Positions 57,319-64,000 of a stretch of 64,000 nucleotides of DNA are shown in pieces (the first letter of the stretch is position 1; every line of letters begins with the position of its first letter). The notes beneath the pieces are model-generated. The model was not told the origin of the DNA. It worked only from the letters and a program-made list of their open reading frames with translations, and ran no database searches. Origin of the DNA: a virus (taxonomy: Duplodnaviria; Caudoviricetes); IMG/VR virus record IMGVR_UViG_3300031949_000028, positions 1,009 through 65,008 of that record; one strand, 5' to 3'. The translations under genes were made by a program, and so were the position numbers.

Positions 57319-59380
57319 TCCGTACGACATCATTAGTGCGGAGGCTCAGGCCAACCGGATCAATCAAAACACTCCGTACGGCTCGCTGCAGTTTTCAGGC
57401 CCTAACAACAACACCGCGACGCTTTCTCTCGACCCGCGAATTCAGCAGCTTCTAGATTCTCAAATCTCGTCCGATCAAAGCACGCTGAATCAGGCTCTAC
57501 AACGACAGGGACAGTTACCGCAGGGCGATCCGTTCGCCGGCTTTGGCATTCCAGGATCGACCGGGGTCTCGCAACAGATTCCTGGCCTGGCGTTGCTCGG
57601 AAATTCTCGGCTCCCAACACCCCCGACTCTACAGGCCCCGAACGCTTCGGCGCTGCAGGCTCCTGGGCTTATAGAATCTGCGCCGTTCTTGGGATTGGCT
57701 CGATCTCCGAACCTCACAACTTCGGTTCCTGGCGCCAATCTTCAAACGAGCGTTCAGGGACTCGGTAATCTTCAATCGAACATTCCTGGCGTGAACTTGC
57801 AGAGCGGTGTGAATCTACAGGGCAATGTTGACTTACAGCGCAATATCCCTGGAGTACAGCTTCAGAGACAAATCGATCTAGCTTCGTCGGTGAACCAGCC
57901 GGATATCCAGAAAGCTATATCGGGCCTCGACTTGTCAGGGGTTTCGGCTCTACCGCAGAACGCAGAGATGTTTCGCGGTGATGTATCACGCGCTCTATTC
58001 GATCGTTCGTCTGGATTTCTGAACGAACAGTTCAACAAGGACGAGGATCGTCTACGGCAGACGCTTGCTAACCAGGGATTGCAGTCAGGAGGGCAGGGGT
58101 TTGGGAGCGAGTTCGGGACGTTCAATCAGCGCAAGGGCGAGACGTTCGAGAACCTAGCGCGCGATGCCGTCATTTTCGGAGGTCAGGAAGCCTCGCGGTC
58201 GCTCGCAGATCAACTATCGTTGCGAGGCCAGGGGGTCAATGAAGCGCTGTCTAGATTCGGTGCAGGACTGACGCAAGGGCAATTTGCCAATCAGGCGTCG
58301 CAGCAGCAGTTCAATAATCAGCTAGCAGGTCTAGATTTTGGCAATCAAGCTCTGTTGCAAGAAGCGGGATTCGGTAACAACGCCGCTCTTAATCAGTTTG
58401 GGGTAGACCAGCAGCGAGGGCAGTTCTCAAACGATGCTGCACTTAACGCCGGCAACTTCGCGAACACCGCAGCGCTGAATGCCGGCAACTTCGCGAACAA
58501 TGCGGCTCTTAGCCAATTCGGGATCAATCAGGCGCAAGCAGGGTTTGCGAATCAAGCAGCGATGGACCGGTTCAATGCGGAACTTTCGCGAGCGGGGTTT
58601 GGAAATCAGTCTCAACTGCAGCAGTTAGGAGCGAACCTGCAAGGAGCAGAGTTCGGTAACAACGCAGCACTGGCCGGAGCCAACTTCAATCAGAACGCCG
58701 CACTTTCAGAGCTCGATGCCAACTTGCAGAGTTCTCAGTTTGCCAACCAGGCGAGACAGCAGGGCTTCGCCAACCAGCAGTCTATCCGTGATTCGCAGAT
58801 CCAAAACGCATTGCTGCAACAGAACACGCAATCCCAGAACTTCGGGCTGCAGCAGCAGGCGCTACAGAATCAGTTGGCTCAGATAGCACAGAACAACGCG
58901 GGGCGGACGCAACTGTTCAACGAGACCGCCGCGTCTAGAGGAACGCAGTTCAACGAGCTTGCCGCTCTACTTGGCCTGCAGCAAGTCTCGCAACCTCAAC
59001 TGCAGAACTTCTTCAACCCAGGACAGATCAACACGACCGATGCGTTCGGGTTACAACAACAGGCGTTGCAGAATGTGTTCAACACACAGTCAGGTAATGC
59101 TGCTTCAAAGAAGGGTGGAACTGCAGACCTTGCTGGCCTTCTAGGTACTGCGGCTATCGGTGCTGCTTCTGCGTCTGACAGACGCTTGAAGGATCAAGTC
59201 GTGAAGGTAGGTAAGTACCGAGACAACAACGTCTATCTCTTCCGCTGGAACAAGAAAGCAAAGCCTCTAGGACTGGAGGGCTATTCGATGGGAGTCATGG
59301 CAGACGAGGTTGATCCCAAATTCGTGACTGTCAGAAATGGGTATCTCGCTGTTGATTATGGAGCGTTGCAATGCCAGTGA
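57278..59380 (+). CDS. internal virion/ejection-type protein with C-terminal S74-like chaperone domain
   Basis: Q/N/G/F-rich repeats; SDRRLKDQV..YLFRW..GVMADEV..GYLAVDYGAL. Confidence 0.75.
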   Translation: MGSKRQPTPPPAPNPYDIISAEAQANRINQNTPYGSLQFSGPNNNTATLSLDPRIQQLLDSQISSDQSTLNQALQRQGQLPQGDPFAGFGIPGSTGVSQQIPGLALLGNSRLPTPPTLQAPNASALQAPGLIESAPFLGLARSPNLTTSVPGANLQTSVQGLGNLQSNIPGVNLQSGVNLQGNVDLQRNIPGVQLQRQIDLASSVNQPDIQKAISGLDLSGVSALPQNAEMFRGDVSRALFDRSSGFLNEQFNKDEDRLRQTLANQGLQSGGQGFGSEFGTFNQRKGETFENLARDAVIFGGQEASRSLADQLSLRGQGVNEALSRFGAGLTQGQFANQASQQQFNNQLAGLDFGNQALLQEAGFGNNAALNQFGVDQQRGQFSNDAALNAGNFANTAALNAGNFANNAALSQFGINQAQAGFANQAAMDRFNAELSRAGFGNQSQLQQLGANLQGAEFGNNAALAGANFNQNAALSELDANLQSSQFANQARQQGFANQQSIRDSQIQNALLQQNTQSQNFGLQQQALQNQLAQIAQNNAGRTQLFNETAASRGTQFNELAALLGLQQVSQPQLQNFFNPGQINTTDAFGLQQQALQNVFNTQSGNAASKKGGTADLAGLLGTAAIGAASASDRRLKDQVVKVGKYRDNNVYLFRWNKKAKPLGLEGYSMGVMADEVDPKFVTVRNGYLAVDYGALQCQ

Positions 59381-60741
59381 ATAATCCTGCCGGTTATGGC
59401 CGACTTGGTGAGATTCTGCGCGGCGGTTCTCTCACTCCGTCGCCGACGCGATCGGCCATCGTTCAACAGCTCATGGCGGGCGTTCAGAGTGGCCGTGGCT
59501 CGAAGTCGGTCGCAGAGTCCCTTGCGATTGCAGCACGTCCTATTCTCGCAGCCCTACTCGCAAAACGAGAAGAGAAGGCGCAGAAAACCGAAACCGACGC
59601 TCAGCGGCAAGCGCTCTCGCAAGCGCTAGGAATTCCGCAGCCAGGACAGATAGGGCTAGCAGATCCAAGAACCGGGAACATCGTGCCCAACGAAGTACCG
59701 CGGCGCATGAGCGACGAGCAGAGCCAGCTCGCGGCCCTACTTCGCGGCGCTCCGCCGGAGACGATCAAGGGCTTGCAGAGTGCGATGATTGCGCAGAAGT
59801 TCACTCCGCCTGAGGAGTTTAGCCTAACCCCTGGTGGCGGTCGTTTTAGGGGCAGCGAGCTGATAGCTAGTATGCCGGCAGAGCCTGATATCGAGCGAGT
59901 CGGTCAGCGGGTCGTCAATGGAAAGGAAATTGAGGTTTTCCGTGACAAGGGTACGAATCAGCTATTCGCACAGGACGCTTTCGGTCGTCGCACGCCGCTC
60001 GCGAGTGGTGATCTTACGACGCCCATTCAGCGCCAAGAAACCGGCGGTCCGGGCGGGTTTGATCCACGCACTCGTTCGCAGCAAGGCGAGGACGTGCAGA
60101 AGTTCCAGGACGCGGTATCCGGCGGAGTATCAGCTATCTCGGCGGCGACTCCGCTTTTGGAGATTGCACGCACCAATCCTGAGGCGCTCGGCGCTCCCGG
60201 CACTATCCTGCGAATAGGGAACGAGTTCATTCGGACCGTAGGATCTCTAGGGCAGATGCTCGGCAAGGATGTCGATGCGGATCGAGACTTGGACCTGTTT
60301 ACCTTTGAAGGCTTTTCCGGCTCGATGCGCAATGCCGCGATCGAGAGCCAGGCGTTTCGGTCCGGCATCTACGGTATTGCTTTTGCTGCGGCCGTAGCCG
60401 ATCAAGGAGCACGCCCGACAGACAAGGATATTCAGGCGTATATCGATCAGATCGCTGGGTCCACGGCAGATCCGCAGGCGTTCGCGAGAACGATTCAGCA
60501 ATTCGTCGGCCGAATCGACAAGAGGCTGCGCAGCACGGCCAGGATCAAGGATATTCCGCAAGACGTTCAGGACAGGGCGTTCGGCGAGCTGGACCAATCG
60601 CTCAGTGGGTTCAATGCATTCTTCAAGGACGGTGGTATCGGAAAGCCTCCAGGCCAGGCCGAAGAACTGGAAGGATTCGATACGTTGACTCCGGCTGAAC
60701 AAGCTGAACTCAAGAGGTTGCTAAATGGCGCGCAACGCTAG
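59371..60741 (+). CDS. internal virion (ejection) protein
   Basis: position, helical composition. Confidence 0.6.
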   Translation: MPVNNPAGYGRLGEILRGGSLTPSPTRSAIVQQLMAGVQSGRGSKSVAESLAIAARPILAALLAKREEKAQKTETDAQRQALSQALGIPQPGQIGLADPRTGNIVPNEVPRRMSDEQSQLAALLRGAPPETIKGLQSAMIAQKFTPPEEFSLTPGGGRFRGSELIASMPAEPDIERVGQRVVNGKEIEVFRDKGTNQLFAQDAFGRRTPLASGDLTTPIQRQETGGPGGFDPRTRSQQGEDVQKFQDAVSGGVSAISAATPLLEIARTNPEALGAPGTILRIGNEFIRTVGSLGQMLGKDVDADRDLDLFTFEGFSGSMRNAAIESQAFRSGIYGIAFAAAVADQGARPTDKDIQAYIDQIAGSTADPQAFARTIQQFVGRIDKRLRSTARIKDIPQDVQDRAFGELDQSLSGFNAFFKDGGIGKPPGQAEELEGFDTLTPAEQAELKRLLNGAQR

Positions 60742-63334
60742 GGAGATGCTCGAGCAGCTTCGCGCGCAACAAACCCCTGCGCGGCAGCGTCTTGAAGCAT
60801 TGCGGGCCGAGGCTGCGGCGGGTGTTGACACCTCACCGTTCACGTTGCCAAAGCAGCATGAGACCAAGCCGTCACGCTATCAGCCCATCATCGCAAAGCC
60901 GCCGATCGTCTCGAAGGAGGACCTGGCTACAGCGGAAACCGGTGTCGATATCTCTACTGGCTCTCCGGTCGGCCGCCTAAAGTCAGGATTCGCTCAGAAC
61001 CAGGCGTTACAGGCCAATGATCTAGAACCACTTCTCACCAAGCACTTCGGCGAACCGGTCAAGGTTCGGGTCGGGCCACAGAGCGGAGAACTCGAGTATC
61101 TCAACCCCAAAACCAAGCGGTTCACTTTGGTGGACGAGGCCCTGTTCTCACCACGAGACTTTGCGGATATGGTCGGCCCGGCTCTAACGGCAGGCGGTGC
61201 CACTGTGGGCGCTCTGGGAGGCCCTGTAGGCGCTGCAGCGGGCGGCGCTGCGGGCGAGGGGCTTAGGCGCGGGATAGGCAATGCGCTTGGCGTACGCGAC
61301 GAGAGCGCGCTTGAAGCGACCCAGGGCGCATTGGGAGCGGGGGCCATTGAGGGGGTTAGCGCGGTGGCAGGCAACGTCCTCGCGCGCGGTGCTCAGGGGG
61401 TCCGTAAGTTCTTTCGCCCCCCACCGCTCACGGGGAGAGAGGCCGAAAGCGTTCTTCTGCGATCCGAAGCCAACCAGGCCGTAGCGGATGAAATATCCAA
61501 GCGGACCGGCCAGAGATTCCAGCCGTTCACCGGCCAAATGTCGGATGACCCTCTCTTGCTCGGCGAGCAGCCTAGGATTCTGGGGAGTCGTGAAACGGGC
61601 GTCGCTGCGCGCTCGCAGTTGCGCCAAAACGAGACGGCGCTAGAGACCTTCTTCTCACAGGTCAACCCGACTGGCGGCGGTCCCAATACGGCAGTCGGAC
61701 GATCGATTCAGCAGGAGGCCAAGGGACAGATTCAGCCTCGCGTCGATGCGCTCGATGCAGGCGTAAAGCAGCAAGTCGTCGAGCTCGAGAAGCTCACCAG
61801 CGCCCTTCCACGCGCTCAATCGCAGCAAGTAGGCAAACAGCTTCGCCAGGTCGCCGAAGAGGCGCGCACGGCCGTCAAGAAGTTCGAGGACTCGGCTTGG
61901 GATGGCGTGCGACGTGGGTACGGGTTTGATCCAGAAACACAGCTTTCTAGCTATAAGGTTCCTGTGTCCGGAGAGCTGCAGACGCAGTTACGCCGATTCC
62001 AGGCAGCAGCTCACGAGGCACTTGACCCGGCGACTGAATCCGGCAAGCGGCAGTTGATTTTCAAGAAGCTGCTACCGGACGCGGGGGCCGAACTGTCGCC
62101 GGATGATCGCGCGTTGCTCCAGGGCTTCGACGTATTGGTCGCCCCGGAGGGGCCGGTACGAGCCGATCTACATCAGGTTCAAGTGCTGCTCAGCAGCCTA
62201 CGAAAGAGGGAGCGGATCGCGCTGCAAGGCAAGGTCGCAACCGATCCGTCCGGTCGTGATATCTCGGTGATGCGCGATGCGCTGGTGACTCAGCGCAACG
62301 ATTACCTGAAAGCCACGGACCCCGAGCTCCTCGCCGAGATCGAAGCAGCCGAGGCCCTGACTGCGACTCGTGCCAATCTCTTCGACAAAGGGCTGGTCGG
62401 TGGATTGCTGCGCAAGTCCGAAGGGCAATACGCAATCACCGATCCGGAGGTCGTAGGTCGCACGATCGGCTCCGGCAACCCGGAAGCGATTAGGCATTTG
62501 GTGAACGTGTTTTCGTCTCATCCGGCAGGGGTTCCTACGTTGCAAGGCGCGATGCTCGCGACGTACCGCAACGAAGTTGTGCGAGACGGTATCCCGCAAG
62601 CCGCGCTACATCGGCGATTCATCGAGCAAAACGGTGACGCGATCGACGCTCTATTTCCGGGAGGCGCCCAGATCCGCCAGCTCGGCGAGTTCGAGAAAGT
62701 CGTTACCAAGAACATTAAGCGCTTCGAGGACTTCGAGGCCAATGTGCAGCAGATTTTCAGAGGACGTATTCAGAACTTGGCGCCGGAGCGCGTCGCCGAG
62801 CAGGCACTATCAAGTGCCTTTTCCGTAAAGGACGTGTCACGCATCGTTTCACTGGCAGGGCAGGCGGGAGTCAAAGAAGAGTATCGGCGGGCCATTGGCG
62901 ATCAGATCCGCCGCAGGTTCATGAGCGAGACGAGCGGGCTGAACTTGAACTCGCTAGACAAATTCGTCAACAAGGAAGCAGAGAAGCTCTCAGCGGTATT
63001 CGGCGAGCAGTATATCCGTGATATGCGGCTCTTGACCAAGGCACTGAAAACCGCTCAAACGGATGCCGGCGGGATTGCAGTCACGCGCAAGCCGACGTTA
63101 ATCGAATCGATCGCACGAAGCACGATCGCGCGCCCGCTGAGCGCCCCAGGTGTTGCCCTGACTCGCGCTCTGAAATTTAGAGCAGTAGCAGGCGAGAGGT
63201 TGCTTGCGAAAGCCATCATGGAGCCAGATGCGCTGCGCCAGATCGTTGCACAGAGCAACTCCGACATCAGGAACAGAAAGGTTGCGACGCTTCTTGCGGT
63301 GCTCGGCGGGTCGTCTCTAGCTATAGAGGATTAG
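60725..63334 (+). CDS. large internal virion (ejection) protein
   Basis: 869 aa, Gly/Ala-rich membrane-like segment then helical domain; position. Confidence 0.65.
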   Translation: MARNAREMLEQLRAQQTPARQRLEALRAEAAAGVDTSPFTLPKQHETKPSRYQPIIAKPPIVSKEDLATAETGVDISTGSPVGRLKSGFAQNQALQANDLEPLLTKHFGEPVKVRVGPQSGELEYLNPKTKRFTLVDEALFSPRDFADMVGPALTAGGATVGALGGPVGAAAGGAAGEGLRRGIGNALGVRDESALEATQGALGAGAIEGVSAVAGNVLARGAQGVRKFFRPPPLTGREAESVLLRSEANQAVADEISKRTGQRFQPFTGQMSDDPLLLGEQPRILGSRETGVAARSQLRQNETALETFFSQVNPTGGGPNTAVGRSIQQEAKGQIQPRVDALDAGVKQQVVELEKLTSALPRAQSQQVGKQLRQVAEEARTAVKKFEDSAWDGVRRGYGFDPETQLSSYKVPVSGELQTQLRRFQAAAHEALDPATESGKRQLIFKKLLPDAGAELSPDDRALLQGFDVLVAPEGPVRADLHQVQVLLSSLRKRERIALQGKVATDPSGRDISVMRDALVTQRNDYLKATDPELLAEIEAAEALTATRANLFDKGLVGGLLRKSEGQYAITDPEVVGRTIGSGNPEAIRHLVNVFSSHPAGVPTLQGAMLATYRNEVVRDGIPQAALHRRFIEQNGDAIDALFPGGAQIRQLGEFEKVVTKNIKRFEDFEANVQQIFRGRIQNLAPERVAEQALSSAFSVKDVSRIVSLAGQAGVKEEYRRAIGDQIRRRFMSETSGLNLNSLDKFVNKEAEKLSAVFGEQYIRDMRLLTKALKTAQTDAGGIAVTRKPTLIESIARSTIARPLSAPGVALTRALKFRAVAGERLLAKAIMEPDALRQIVAQSNSDIRNRKVATLLAVLGGSSLAIED

Positions 63335-63759
63335 TCGGCAGTCCCGAAGAGGACTTCTGCGTAACCGAGCAGCATCGCTAACCCTAGCGCTGTTTTCTTC
63401 GATGTCGCGAGCGCGAACGTATTGCCGCTATCGTCCGTCCAAGCGCGCAGCACGAGCACGACATTACAGCCGCGTTTGGCCGCTACGCGCTGCGCTAGTT
63501 TGAGTGCGGTTCCGCGATTAGTTCGAGTTCCGGATCGCGGCGTGACGATCGTTTCTGCTTTCTCGTTGGCGGCTACGAAATTCTCCGTGTGCTCTGAGAC
63601 GAATACTGCGGCGGAGTCATAGTCATCGGCGAACGATTCGAGATCGAGAACGAGTACATCATCTCGCGAAATCTGCGATCCACAGGACTGAGCTGGTGGC
63701 GCGACGATTTGCGCATTCGACAGGCACGGTATGAGCAGCAGCGTTGTTATTCTTTTCAT
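63331..63759 (-). CDS. antisense moron, secreted protein
   Basis: signal-like MKRITTLLLIPCLSNAQ; opposite to the structural operon. Confidence 0.6.
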   Translation of the reverse strand: MKRITTLLLIPCLSNAQIVAPPAQSCGSQISRDDVLVLDLESFADDYDSAAVFVSEHTENFVAANEKAETIVTPRSGTRTNRGTALKLAQRVAAKRGCNVVLVLRAWTDDSGNTFALATSKKTALGLAMLLGYAEVLFGTAD

Positions 63760-63782
63760 CGATCACTCCATAGGATAAGAAT

Positions 63783-64000
63783 ATGGGTTGGACAGGTACG
63801 GGTTCGTACTCTCGGGTTCATTCGTTCTCTGCTGATAGTAGCGCCTCTATCAAAATCCTTGCCTCGCGCATGGATGCCGAGTTCGATGACTTCGCCTCAG
63901 CGATGACAGTTGCCGTTGCTAAAGACGGCCAGAATACGCCAACTGCAAACCTACCGATGGGTGGGTTTAGACATAACAATGTCGGAGCCGCAGCGAGCGC
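63783..64000 (+). CDS. tail fibre/spike N-terminus (truncated by window edge)
   Basis: MGWTGTGSYSR..RMDAEFDDFA..KDGQNTPTANLPMGGFRH virion-attachment domain. Confidence 0.7.
   Translation, partial: MGWTGTGSYSRVHSFSADSSASIKILASRMDAEFDDFASAMTVAVAKDGQNTPTANLPMGGFRHNNVGAAAS

Overview
The whole window is one temperate, short-tailed (P22/podovirus-like) dsDNA phage genome. It is nearly complete and circularly permuted: it opens in the lysis region and ends in the 5' part of a tail fibre gene. No host genes were recognised. Gene order: lysis cassette and small membrane proteins (1-2.9 kb); leftward early operon (19.2 to 3.0 kb) with about 40 small genes, two DNA methyltransferases, a tyrosine integrase, ERF, an SSB-like protein and two HNH-type nucleases; a CI/Cro switch with four operators; a rightward early operon (third MTase, DUF1364, DUF1064, NinB-like, Q-like); then a late promoter and terminator. 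The late operon unusually begins with about 9 kb of signal-peptide-bearing, Cys-paired, Ser/Thr-rich proteins. It continues with a TerS candidate, an inserted block (zinc knuckle, serine resolvase, DUF6745-like pair, MTases, GDP-mannose dehydratase), TerL with a class-3-type intein, portal, scaffold, a major capsid gene split by a group I intron carrying a LAGLIDADG endonuclease, four more glycan-modification genes, tail tube/nozzle genes and ejection proteins. The best candidate for an undescribed system is the exported protein cluster together with the seven glycan-modifying enzymes and a Tat-signal peptide that copies the capsid N-terminus. All family assignments are by eye from motifs; no searches were run.
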